64,000 nt of DNA, taken from Eledone cirrhosa. Lineage: Eukaryota. The translations under genes and the position numbers were made by a program. This document shows positions 39,020 to 51,500 of the stretch, one piece after another (position 1 is the stretch's first letter; each line of letters begins with the position of its first letter). Location of the stretch: the NCBI GenBank assembly GCA_964016885.1, contig OZ024747.1:28644001-28708000 (forward strand). The letters are read 5' to 3'. Under the pieces are notes generated by a model. It was not told the DNA's origin and made no database searches. It saw nothing but the letters and a program-made list of their open reading frames with translations.

Positions 39020-39362
39020 GTGTCAGATGAAGCAACCAAGCTGAAACTTCCAAGTCTCTGTTACTTTTCTACTTAGAAAATATAATTTACACTCTACCCA
39101 CAAGTATTGAGTGTTCATTTAGTTAATATTTGAATGTTTTAAATACTATGGTATTTTAAACACATTCTTATATATATATTTATATATATATATACACATA
39201 CATATACATATACATATATATATGAGAGAGAGAGTTTTGTGACCACAGTTTAAAAAATATGTAAACAATATGTGAACAAGAACGAAGAAACAATACAAAA
39301 AGAGAACTGAGTAAAGTGGTCAGTGAAAGCTAAGAAGCAAGAGTGGTAGAAGGAAGGTGCAG

Positions 39363-39565
39363 AGTTTACTTAAGTTTCATAATAAACCTGCTTTGGAAGA
39401 GTTGCTTGATCATTCATCACCTGATGGTTTACTAATGTTTAATAATAAACCTGCTTATTCAGTGTTACTTGGTCAATTATAACCTGGTGATTTACTAAAG
39501 TTTAGTAATAAACCTGCTTAATTAGAGTGTTGTTTGATCAGTTATCTCCTGGTGGTTTACTAAAC
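39363..39565. repeat. ~64-bp tandem repeat, about 3 copies
   Basis: tttacta...aataaacctgctt...cctggtgg units. Confidence 0.75.
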
Positions 39566-39785
39566 AAGTCCAGCCTTTAAACACTCTGGTTGCCACAGTA
39601 ACCAAAGAGAGATAGAGATAGAGAGGCATATCACAGTACTAACGATCCCAATTAATGTAGTTGTTTGCAACAACAACAACGTCTCCAGAAAATAAAAATA
39701 AAAACATACAATATCAGAATCATAACAAATTTTCTGTTCTCTTTTCTTTCTCCATTCTTATGACCTATTTCTTTGTCTTTTTTAA

Positions 39786-40195
39786 CCCTTTCATTACCAA
39801 ACTATCTGAAACCGCCCCTGGTTTTGTTACAACGATGTTTATTTTAAAGATTTTATATTTATCTGAAAACTTTCCATCATAATTTTAGCTAATAATGTTT
39901 GTTAAGTTGTGCTTCAAACATCAGCTTAATGAGAAAATTAGTTATATTACTAAATCCTTCCAAATTTTTTATTTTCAAAATTATTTGAAAATCATAATGG
40001 TAAGGAAAGGGTTAAACTGTTTATCTAAAAACCTTCCATCATAATTTTATGTAAGAACTTTTATTATGTTCCAAACATAAGCTTAATAACAAGAAAGTTA
40101 ATTATATTACTAAATCTCCCAAGTTCTTGATTATTTCCAAAATTAATTGAAAATCATAGGCAGTGTCTTGCATTTGAAATATGGTAACGAAAGGG
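39786..40195. mobile_element. piggyBac-type MITE (39786-40011) plus a tandem partial copy to 40195, in the presumed STAM 3' UTR
   Basis: TTAA-CCCTTTC...GAAAGGG-TTAA. Related copies at 41730-41948, ~42143-42380 and ~48130-48340. Confidence 0.7.
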
Positions 40196-40303
40196 TTAAT
40201 GTTTCCATGACCTTTGTTTTTATTTTTGTTTTCTGCCAAGACTGACCTAAGAACAACAGCTGCTCCCCCACCGCACTCCATCTGTCTCCAAGGCAACAGC
40301 AGA

Positions 40304-40484
40304 TCACAACAATGGTTGCGGGGGAGGTACTTGTTGGTAAGACATTCCTCCACCTCCAGTTGAGGGTGGTGCTCCATAACTGGCATCCATTGGGGGCAAA
40401 GACATACTGTTCATTGACTGAGGGTTAAACTGTGCTGAAGTTGGTCCATAGTTCGGCATATTGCTCTGAGGTGGGGCTGTCACT
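40304..40484 (-). CDS. STAM: STAM last coding exon (P/Q-rich tail ending QPLL*)
   Basis: Acceptor ccccag|40484; joins the upstream phase-2 donor; C-terminal QPLL as in STAM2. Confidence 0.85.
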
Positions 40485-41364
40485 CTGGGGAGATAATATT
40501 TAAATAATTCACAATTAGTAGGATTTATAGAAACAGTCAATTATTTCACAAATAAACAAGTGTGTGCGTGTTTAATGTTTAATCAGAGAAGGGAAGACAA
40601 TGCCTATGACCATTTCCACGGTCTCCAAGACTGGGGAAGGTATCCTAAATTGGAGACCTGGTCAGAATGTTTGCAACAAAATGGATGTCACATAAGGTTC
40701 CCAAGGGCTAGGTAGTAGCATCAAACTGGGTGACAGATTAAACCTATCATCAAAGGTGGCCAAAGTGGGATTTGAACTCAATATAAAGAGTCAGGACTAA
40801 AATCACAAGGTATCTTGTCCAACGATTTAACCAATACCACCAACCTACCACCTTGGATTGGTACTTTATTTCATTAACCCATTGAAGTATCCTCCAACTG
40901 GAGACTTGACCTAAATTCTTGCAGCCATGTAGACACCACTAAGGGCACAAAGGGGTGAGGTGGTGGTATTTTAGTAAGGGAAGGAAAGGTAGTGCCCTTA
41001 ACCTTCTTCAGGGTCTCAAGCAGATGAGTGGGAGTGAGGAAAGTATCCTCAAACAGGAGGCCTCATCCAAATGCTTGCAACAGAGTGAATTCCATTAACG
41101 GCACCCAAGGGTAAAGTGGTGATGTTAAACTGGGTGACAGATACATCTATCAACAAAGGAGGTAACAGCAAGATTTGATCATCTCAGAACACAAGCAGCT
41201 AGAACATATACTGCAAGGCATTTCACCCAACACTAAAAATTCCATCATTACTCTGCCATAAACTAGTACTTAGATTTATCAACCCTGAAAGGATGAAAGA
41301 CAAAATCAACCTCAGTGGGACTTAAGGCCCATATAATTGTGGTCAATCAGTAAATGCTACTTAC

Positions 41365-41564
41365 CCATTATATGGTTGCTGAGTTGCTGATACAACAATG
41401 GAGTTTCCATTGGGAGCTGGTTGTTGTGACATCATATTAGTTGGTATAGGTCCCTGGGGTACAGGGCCATTGTTTGCATGAATGATTGAGGGTGGAGCCT
41501 GGCCAGGGCTTATATATTGAGGTTGGTTACCATATTGCTGTTGTTGTTGTTGTTGAGGTGGTGG
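41365..41564 (-). CDS. STAM: STAM exon (P/Q-rich)
   Basis: ag|PPPQQQQQQQYGNQPQY...QQPYNG|gtaagt; 200 nt, phase 0 to 2. Confidence 0.85.
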
Positions 41565-41729
41565 CTATATAAATAGATACAGTCATGTCATTAATAACAT
41601 TAAAAACAAACTATAACATTTTTTATACCAACCCAGACAAAACCAGCTCTACTATTAAACTAATACACCAATTTTAAATCAAAATTACACAAAAATATTG
41701 GGGGTTTACATAGAAGCACATATGGTTAA

Positions 41730-41948
41730 TCCTTTTGGTACCAACCTGGCCAAAATTAGCTCTAGTCCTATGAAACAAAACCATCCATTTTAAAGGGTTC
41801 CTATTTGAATAAAATCTTCAAACAGAATTTTATGTAAGAATGCTCTGTTGAGTGACTATCCTAATAATAATTTTAATAAATACTTCAAAGTCTTTCATAA
41901 ATTAATAGAAATAGAGTGTATTTAATTAAAAATATGGTTACAAAAGGG
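41730..41948. mobile_element. piggyBac-type MITE, intronic
   Basis: TTAA-tccttttggtacc...ggttacaaaaggg-TTAA. Confidence 0.6.
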
Positions 41949-42426
41949 TTAAAAAATTTAAAAAATTTAAAAAACAGAGATTGCAATCAAAATTGTTGAA
42001 AAGAGTCAACCTCACACAAGCATGGAAAAAAATGGATGTAAAAAGATGATGAAGAGTCATCAAATAAAAAGGTAAAATCCACACAGTAATCTGGAATAAA
42101 TAAAAATGATAATCCAGAATATAATCCACGTGAAGATTATTTACCCCTTTTGTTACCATATTTCTAACGAAATATACTTGCCTGTAGTTTTCAAAAAAAG
42201 AAATTGAAAATATTCTAGAATTTGGTGGGATTAAGTAGTATGACTAACTTTCTCATTATTTAGCTGGTATTTGGAGAACAAAGATTCTTACATAAAATTA
42301 GGATAGATGGTTTAAATTTAAATGTCAATACTTTAAAACAAATGGTTTTCCCTCATAGAATCATGAGCAGTTTCAGGTGGGTATCAAAAGGGATAATATC
42401 AAGAAGATACAAACTGAATGTCTTAC

Positions 42427-42580
42427 CTGTGGGATACCTGATGGAATATAAGTGCTAGGAGTTTGTTGTGGTGCAGCTTGATGGGACATATAGAACACTG
42501 GGTTGTCTTTCATCAAGTTGTGGTACATTTGTAAAGCATCCATCACTTTCATATTTAATTCGACCAAATTAGCATGCTTC
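42427..42580 (-). CDS. STAM: STAM exon (GAT/coiled-coil, ITAM-like region)
   Basis: KHANLVELNMKVMDALQMYHNLMKD...; canonical AG/GT; phase 2 to 0. Confidence 0.92.
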
Positions 42581-42673
42581 CTGCCAACAGCAAGTCAAAG
42601 TGTTACCATTTACACATGCATATATAAAATATGTTATAGATATAAAATATATTTTAGTCTCTCTCTATATATT

Positions 42674-42737
<64 letters not shown>

Positions 42738-42813
42738 ACCATTGTAATTATATATATATTGGAAAATGTGTGAAATCCTTGATATAGTAAGGTATATTTA
42801 AAAAAAAAAAAAA

Positions 42814-43198
42814 AAAAGAATGACTTCACTTGTAGTTCTAAATAATTTAATTTAATCTTATAATATTGTAATTTTACAATTTGTTTTTGTAGATCTAGTA
42901 AGTTCTTTGTTAACTTTGGCAGGGAGATTTTTAAAGATTACTGGTTAACTTTCCTGGAGAACTTTCTCACATTCAGCAGTGGCAATTTACGGTCCTAGAA
43001 ACGAGGAAGGCTTCAGACTACTGGAATTGCATCCGACAAATGCAAGAAAGTTCTCCAGGAAAGTTAACCAGGAATCTTTAAAAATCTCTCCACTGAAGTT
43101 AACAAAGAACTTACTAGATCTACAAAACCAAATTGTAAAATTATAATATTATAAAATTAAATTAAATTGTTTAGAACTACAAGTGAAGTCATTCTTTT
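42814..43198. mobile_element. Fold-back element with ~160-bp inverted arms and a ~65-bp spacer
   Basis: 42814-42973 is the near-perfect reverse complement of 43039-43198. Confidence 0.85.
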
Positions 43199-43304
43199 CC
43201 CTTTTATATATAGATAGATAGATAGATATTGGTTGATTGATTAAATTGTTTTAACTAAAGTAAAAAAAAAAATTAAAAAAAATAGTTACAATAAAGTTGC
43301 TTAC

Positions 43305-43359
43305 TTGTCAATCCTTTCCAATTCAGCATCAATCAGTGGACCCATAATCTTACATTGTT
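43305..43359 (-). CDS. STAM: STAM exon (GAT domain)
   Basis: EQCKIMGPLIDAELERIDK; 55 nt, phase 1 to 2. Confidence 0.92.
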
Positions 43360-44072
43360 CTGGAGAAATCAAGCAACACAACATTAATTACCATCTTACA
43401 ATTGATATTGGTTTAACACAATCATTATCTCATTCTATTACTCTCTATTGAGTTAGTGATGTTTTATATATCATCCCTGTCTATTTTACACCCACCCACC
43501 CCCATCTCCTGGCTATTTTACTGGCTGAACTCTTCCTCCTTTCACCTCTTATAGACCTTAAATGAACAAGATCTTTTTTTATAATAGTACAGATCATGTT
43601 ACTCCAGTTTGTATCTGGGAAACAGTTTGAATGTTTGTTTATGCTTATGTAAATAACTATCTGATCTGATAAGATATTATTGAAGGTGAATATATATCTT
43701 TCTAAATTATATAATACACCAATAAAAACTTATCTTAATACAGTATGAATCATATATACATACACACACACATGCATGCATCTTTGTAAGTATATGCATG
43801 ATATATATATATATATATGTTTGCGTGTGTGTGTGTATATATATGTAATACTTTTATATATACATATGATGTGGAGTGCTTTTACTTGTATACACCTTAA
43901 TTGATTGCTTAGATTAACCAACAGAGATTATTGAACCAAAAGACATATATATATATCTTGCGTTACAAGATGTTGACTAACCAGGGTTGCATATGCCACA
44001 CTCCAATCAGTAAACAATGGTTTAAGCACTCAACGTTATGTGTATCCATCCAAATCTGATTTTGCAACATTG

Positions 44073-44523
44073 ATATTTCTGTAGCATTAATAATTACGTA
44101 ATACTGCTATCACATAACCACCAACACAACTTCATCAGACAACATCTGAAGTAATAAGGTTGTTATGTAACATGTTTAATGCAACACATGATATTGATAA
44201 GGGGATGAATGAATTTGATGTTGGTCCTATGAGAATCTGTCCCTTTATATTAGAAATGTTACATAACAACATTATTACTTAAGATATAGTCTGCTGAAGC
44301 CTTGTTGGTGGTTGTGTGATGGTAGCATTACATAATTATTAGTAAATGTGGTTGGTGTTAGGAAGGGCATCCAGCCGTAGAAAACCTGCCAGATAGTCCT
44401 ATATGAGTGAGACACGGTCATCCGACCAATCTTGCCTCAAGTGGGACAATTCCCGTCTAACCCATGCTAGCATGGAAGATAGACGTTAAACGATGATAAT
44501 AATGATTAACACCACAGAAATAT
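44073..44523. mobile_element. Older fold-back element (arms ~44087-44180 and 44250-44342) with an RTE 3' tail (44343-44505, +) inserted in its right arm
   Basis: Imperfect inverted arms; attaacaccacagaaatat after the RTE tail pairs with atatttctgtagcattaat at ~44073. Confidence 0.65.
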
Positions 44524-44593
44524 GGCGGATTATGAATAAAATGAATTATGAATATCTACATCTGGCCTTCGCAATTATCATTATTGTGGAAGG

Positions 44594-44778
44594 GTGATGG
44601 ATTGGCAGTATCGGTAGAGAGTCGGACGCCATGCTTTGACGCATAGAGTTACGGCCCTTGCCATTCTGAGTTCAAATCCCACTGAGGTTAACTTTGCCTT
44701 TCATCCTTACGGGGTCGATAAAATAAAGTACCAGTAATGCACTGGGTATTTGCTGGCCTTGTGCCAAAAGTAGAAACA
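44594..44778 (+). mobile_element. Full-length tRNA-derived SINE with 14-bp TSD
   Basis: A and B boxes; TSD ATTATTGTGGAAGG at 44580-44593 and 44779-44792. Confidence 0.9.
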
Positions 44779-45260
44779 ATTATTGTGGAAGGTTCTGCAT
44801 GAATATGGGATCAATGAACAGCTTCTTGTTGCCTGATGTCTCTATATGAATGTCCAAATATTTGTGTTTGGAGATTAGAGAGTTGCTACATCTTCAAATA
44901 GAGGGATCACAGCTCCGATACTATGGACATGTGGTTAGATTGTCTCAGCAAAGAATTGCTGAACAGATTTTCTAGGCAAAATCAACCAGGTAGACTGAGC
45001 AAGACAGTGGGATAACATCCATGAGCTTGGCTGGTCTTACTTGGAAATCCAGCCAGATCAATTGGAGACAGTTACTTCTGGCAGAACCCACTGGAAGGTG
45101 TGCTTGAGAACTGTGCCAACACAAAACTCCCAGGAATAAAATAAATACATACATACACACCTTTATAAGTTTATGTAACTTTCTCTTGTTAATAATGAAT
45201 GTCACAACATCACAATAATGATATCCTGCAGCTAGAAATGAGAAAAATCTATATTTTTAC

Positions 45261-45351
45261 CTTCAAGAGATAATAACTCTGTTGAATCCGGTTGTGTTTC
45301 TCCAGTTGGGTCAGCATTCTGTATGAGTGCTAGGACTTGGTCAATCTTTGT
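45261..45351 (-). CDS. STAM: STAM exon (start of GAT domain)
   Basis: TKIDQVLALIQNADPTGETQPDSTELLSLE; phase 0 to 1. Confidence 0.92.
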
Positions 45352-45496
45352 CTGTAACCATGATAAGTGAAGAGAAATATAAAGTAGAGATTTTAAAATA
45401 ATATAGCAATTACATTGTGAAATAAATATCTTAGCCATTCAAAAACACAAAAACTTAACTCCACTTTACATTTTTTGGTGTCAACATTTTTCTTGC

Positions 45497-45810
45497 ACTG
45501 TCTGTGACCTAATCACTGACACTGTTCCATTGTCTGTGACCTAGTCACTGACACAGTTCCACTGTCTGTGACCTAGTCACTGACACAGATCCACTGTCTG
45601 TGACCTAGTCACTGACACAGATCCACTGTGTGACCTGGTCACTGACCGTTCCACAGTCTGTGACCTAGTTATTGAAATAGTTCTGTGACCTAGTCACTGA
45701 CACAGATCCACAGCCTGTGACCTGGTCATTGACATAGTTCTACCATCTGTGACCTGGTCACTGACACAGTTCTACCATATGTGACCTGGTCACTGACACA
45801 GTTACACTGC
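45497..45810. repeat. 32-bp minisatellite, about 10 copies, with a hairpin-forming unit
   Basis: ctgtctgtgacctagtcactgacacagttcca. Confidence 0.9.
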
Positions 45811-46216
45811 AATTGAAAATAATACTGTATTATTCCCAATGGACAACTAAATGAAATATATAAAATGTCGCAAACATGTCTGTGTGGTTAGAAAGCTTGC
45901 ATTGTAACCACATGGTTTCAAGTTCAATCAGACTGTCTGGCAGCCTGGAGCTGACCAATGCCTTGTGAGTAAATTTAGTAGATGGAAACTGAGGAAGTCT
46001 GTTCTGTATATGTATGTACATATATGGCCCATAACTTAGCAGTTCATCAAAAAGAAATCTAAAAAATCAGTAATAGACTTGAAAAAATAGGCACTAAGAT
46101 TGATATGATTGAGGTGATGTTGAAGCATAGTTATAGTCTAATGACTACAATCAATAAAAGATTATCACATCAATACATGAACACTATTGGTCTAGAAAAA
46201 AAACAATAATTCTCAC

Positions 46217-46302
46217 CTCATCCACTTCCACTTCCTCTGGAAGAGTTTCCATAACTTTCACATCGACTTCTTCATTGAACTGAACACCTTTCTTCTCCTT
46301 CA
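46217..46302 (-). CDS. STAM: STAM exon (SH3-GAT linker)
   Basis: VKEKKGVQFNEEVDVKVMETLPEEVEVDE; phase 1 to 0. Confidence 0.9.
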
Positions 46303-46321
46303 CTGGAATAATAGAGATCAT

Positions 46322-46530
46322 ACATAGGAGACAGAATACTGGGATGTCTGCCACTACATCACATCAAACATAGGAGTCAGAATACTGGGATGTCTGCCAC
46401 TACATCACATCAAACATAGGAGTCAGAATACTGGGATGTCAGCCACTACATCACATCATACATAGGATACAGAATACTGGGATGGCAGCCACTACATCTC
46501 ATAAAACATAGGAAACAGAATACTGGGATG
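46322..46530. repeat. 46-bp minisatellite, about 4.5 copies
   Basis: acataggagtcagaatactgggatgtctgccactacatcacatcaa starting at 46322, 46368, 46414, 46460 and 46506. Confidence 0.92.
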
Positions 46531-46569
46531 ACATAGATAAATATATAAATACAAATAAAAGAAACATAC

Positions 46570-46664
46570 CTTCTTCTGGTTCAGTTGTTAAATCTGAAGT
46601 GACAAAGTTGGCAGGGAAGAGCCCTTCTCCTCTGTGGCTGAAACCTTTCCACCAATTGGGATCC
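46570..46664 (-). CDS. STAM: STAM exon (SH3 second half)
   Basis: DPNWWKGFSHRGEGLFPANFVTSDLTTEPEE; phase 2 to 1. Confidence 0.95.
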
Positions 46665-46794
46665 CTATAAAACAACAACAACAAAATATGAGAATCACAA
46701 AAAGATCAATTTAAAATAATTTCTAACAGCATTAGTGACACTGCTGTACTTGAGCCTCTCACAAGACAATATATTGTACAAAATGGCCTTTATC

Positions 46795-47132
46795 AGGGAT
46801 GACGTATTGTACCACAATCACTGTGAAGATGGTTTATTGTACAACTGTTGTTGAGATGGTTTATTGTACTATGACCTCTGTCAGGATTGTTTATTGTACC
46901 ACAACCTCTGTCAGGATGGTGTATTGTACCACAACCTCTGTCAGGGTGGTGTATTGTACCACAGCCTCTGTTGAGATAGTATATTATACCACGACATCTG
47001 ATGGAAAGGTTTATTATACCACAGCCTCAGTCAGGATGGTATATTATACCATGACCTCTGTCAGGATAGTGTATTACACCATGACCTCTGTCAGGATGGC
47101 ATACTGTACCACAACGTTTGTCAGCATGGCAT
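46795..47132. repeat. 30-bp minisatellite, about 11 copies
   Basis: tattgtaccacaacctctgtcaggatggtg. Confidence 0.9.
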
Positions 47133-47595
47133 GAATTCAGATCATTTGTGATGCAGTTGCACCATCCAAGTCTCTCTTGGAGTAGCATATTGCACCTGAA
47201 CTGTAACCACTTAACTGCAATTTATTTATGATGCATCAAAGTCCCTCTCGGGATAGCATATTGCACCATAACCTGTCTTGGGACAGCATAGTGCACCCGA
47301 TAAACCCTGTGAAGTGTTAGTGCTGATGCCTCAATAAAATGTACCCAGTTCACTTGGTAAAGTGGTAGTGGTGGTACCACAAAAATTGAACCCTGTACAC
47401 TTTGTAAAGTGGTTGGTGTTATGAAGGGCCATATATGAAATGTTTAAGTATGATGAGATCCAACCTATTTAGTTTCGGACTGGGACAACACACCCAACCC
47501 ATCCCAGCATGAAAAGCAGACATAAAAATAATAATGATGACAAGCATGATGATCCCAGGAGTTATAGATAATTTGGCAAGAGGGAATATTTTCAT

Positions 47596-47910
47596 AATGC
47601 TGTAACATGAGACTCAACAGCAATGGTATAATATGAGACTCAACAGTAATGGTGTAACATGAGAGACAACAGCAATGGTGTAACATGAGAGACAACAGCA
47701 ATGGTTTACATGAAAGACAACAGCAATGGTGTAACATGAGAGACAACAGCAATGGTGTAACATGAGAAACAGCAATGGTGTAACATGACAGACAACAGCA
47801 ATGGTGTAACATGACAGACAACAGCAATGGTGTAACATGAGAGACAACAGCAATGGTGTAACATGAGAGACAACAGCAATGGTGTAACATGACAGACAAC
47901 AGCAATGTAC
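47596..47910. repeat. 26-bp minisatellite, about 12 copies
   Basis: gtgtaacatgagagacaacagcaatg. Confidence 0.92.
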
Positions 47911-47967
47911 TAAAACAGATGAGGGGGAAATAAGGTAGAAGGATAACAAAAAAACAAGTAGACTTAC

Positions 47968-48053
47968 GTGTCATCTTGTACACTAATGATTTCACCTGCT
48001 TTAAAATTAAGTTCATTGTCTTCAGCTGCTTCAAAATCATACAGAGCTCTCAC
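47968..48053 (-). CDS. STAM: STAM exon (SH3 first half); upstream VHS/UIM exons lie beyond the window
   Basis: tttatag|VRALYDFEAAEDNELNFKAGEIISVQDD|gtaag; phase 0 to 2. Confidence 0.95.
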
Positions 48054-48564
48054 CTATAAAAAAAGGGAGATAAAGTGTAATATTAGCTGACATATAGAGT
48101 TCTCACAAATATAGCTGACCGACTGCATTTCTTATGAAATTCATTCTTTTTTTAATTAATGAAGAATTTTGATGGATTTACTAAAATCATTAATTATTTC
48201 ATTACTAAGGTGGTAACTTAATGCAAAGTTCTTATATAAAATTATGTTGAAAGATTTTAATTTAAATTGGAAACCTTTAAGATAGGTGGTTTTATTTCAT
48301 AGAATCAGAGATGGCTTTAGCCGTGTTGATAACTAAAGGGTTAAAGGTGTGTGTACATACAAAATGCAGTCATAATATATATATCATCATCATCATCATC
48401 ATCACTGTGTAACGTCTATGTACATGTACTGTTAACAACCACAAGAATGAGTACTCAATACCATAGTGGACACTAATACTTTATTAAGGCCAAGTTAGAT
48501 TCACAGTCATCAAGTGAAACTTCTGAATAACATCACCATATATGTAATACTACAAAATATAATG

Positions 48565-51500
48565 GTGGTAGACGAGTAGACAGACCAGTATTGTAGATGT
48601 AAAACTGATAACATGGTACTACAGTGGCAGACAGAACAGTATTGTAGATGTAAAACTGACAACATGGTACTACAGTGGCAGACAGAACAGTATTGTAGAT
48701 GTAAAACTGACAACATGGTACTACAGTGGTAGATAGAACAGTATTGTAGATGTAAAACTGACAACATGGTACTACAGTGGCAGACAGAACAGTATTGTAG
48801 ATGTAAAACTGACAACATGGTACTACAGTGGTAGACAGAACAGTATTGTAGATGTAAAACTGACAACATGATACTACAGTGGCGGACAGAACAGTATTGT
48901 AGATGTAAAACTGACAACATGATACTACAGTGGCAGACAGAACAGTATTGTAGATGTAAAACCGACAACATGGTACTACAGTGGCAGACAGAACAGTATT
49001 GTAGATGTAAAACTGAGAACATGGAACTACAGTGGCAGACAGAACAGTATTGTAGATGTAAAACTGACAACATGGTACTATAGTGGCAGATAGAACAGTA
49101 TTGTAGATGTAAAACTGACAACATGGTACTACAGTGGTAGACAGAACAGTATTGTAAAAGTAAAACTGACAACATGGTACTACAGTGGTAGACAGCACAG
49201 TATTGTAGATGTAAAACTGACAACATGGTACTACACGGGCAGACAGAACAATATTGTAGATGTAAAACTGACAACATGGTACGTACGACAGTGGCAGACA
49301 GAACAGTATTGTAGATGTAAAACTGACAACATGATACTACAGTGGCAGAGAGAACAGTATTGTAGATGTAAAACTGAAAACATGGTACTACAGTGGTAGA
49401 CAGACCACTACTGTAGATGTAAAACTGAAAACATGGTACTACAGTGGTAGACAGACCACTACTGTAGATGTAAAACTGACAACATGGTACTACAGTGGTA
49501 GACAGAACTGTATTGTAGATGTAAAACTGACAACAAGATACTACAGTGGCAGACAGAACAGTATTGTAGATGTAAAACTGACAACATGGTACTACATTGG
49601 TAGACAGAACAGTATTGTAGATGTAAAACTGACAACATGGTACTACAGTGGCAGACAGAACAGTATTGTAGATGTAAAACCGACAACATGGTACTACAGT
49701 GGCAGACAGAACAGTATTGTAGATGTAAAACTGACAACGTGGTACTACAGTGGCAGACAGAACAGTATTGTAGATGTAAAACTGACAACATGGTACTACA
49801 GTGGCAGACAGAACAGTATTGTAGATGTAAAACTGACAACATGGTACTGCAGTGGCAGACAGAACAGTATTGTAGATGTAAAACTGACAGCATGATACTA
49901 CAGTGGTAGACAGAACAGTATTGTAGATGTAAAACTGACAACATGATACTACAGTGGTAGACAGACCACTACTGTAGATGTAAAACTGACAACATGGTAC
50001 TACAGTGGTAGACAGGTAGACAGGTAGACAGACCAGTATTGTAGATGTAAAACAGACAACATGGTACTACAGTGGTAGACAGAACAGTATTGTAGATGTA
50101 AAACTGACAACAAGGTACTACAGTGGCAGACAGAACAGTATTGTAGATATAAAACTGACAACATCGTACTACAGTGGCAGACAGAACAGTACAGTAGATG
50201 TAAAACTGACAACATGATACTACAGTGGCAGACAGAACAGTATTGTAGATGTAAAACTGACAACATCGTACTACAGTGGCAGACAGAACAGTACTGTAGA
50301 TGTAAAACTGACATCATCATACTACAGTGGCAGACAGAACAGTTTTGTAGATGTAAAACTGACAACATGATACTACAGTGTTAGACAGAACAGTATTGCA
50401 GATGTAAAATTGACAACATGGTACTACAGTGGCAGACAGAACAGTATTGTAGATGTAAAACTGACAACATGGTACTACAGTGGCAGACAGAACAGTATTG
50501 TAGATGTAAAACTGACAACTTGGTACTACAGTGGCAGACAGAACAATAGTGTAGATGTAAAACTGACAACATGGTACTACAGTGGCAGACAGAACAGTAT
50601 TGTTGATGTAAAACTGACAACATGGTACTACAGTGGTAGACAGAATAGTATTGTAGATGTAAAACTGACAACATGATACTACAGTGGTAGACAGAACAGT
50701 ATTGTAGATGTAAAACTGACAACATGATACTACAGTGGTAGACAGACCACTACTGTAGATGTAAAACTGACGACATGATACTAGAGTGGTAGACAGGTAG
50801 ACAGAACAGTATTGTAGATGTAAAACTGACAACATGATACTACAGTGGCAGACAGAACAGTATTGTAGATGTAAAACTGACAACATCGTACTACAGTGGC
50901 AGACAGTACAGTATTGTAGATGTAAAACTGACAACATGATACTACAGTGGTGGACAGAACAGTATTGCAGATGTAAAACTGACAACATGGTACTACAGTG
51001 GCAGACAGAACAGTATTGTAGATGTAAAACTGACAACATGGTACTACAGTGGCAGACAGTACAGTATTTTAGCTGTAAAACTGACAACATGGTACTACAG
51101 TGGCAGACAGAACAGTATTGTAGATGTAAAACTGAGAACATGGAACTACAGTAGCAGACAGAACAGTATTGTAGATGTAAAACTGACAACATGGTACCAC
51201 AGTGGCAGATAGAACAGTATTGTAGATGTAAAACTGACAACATAGTACTACAGTGGTAGACAGAACAGTATTGTAGAAGTAAAACTGACACCATGGTACT
51301 ACAGTGGTAGACAGAACAGTATTGTAGATGTAAAACTGACAACGTGGTACTACAGTGGTAGACAGAATAGTATTGTAGATGTAAAACTGACAACATGATA
51401 CTACAGTGGTAGACAGAACAGTATTGTAGATGTAAAACTGACAACATGATACTACAGTGGTAGACAGACCACTACTGTAGATGTAAAACTGACAACATGA

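Noticed and set aside
46799-47949. MVYCTTTSVR and HHCCCLSCY repeat ORFs
   Set aside because: Translations of 30-bp and 26-bp intronic minisatellites; only 47968-48053 is a real exon, and it is in another frame
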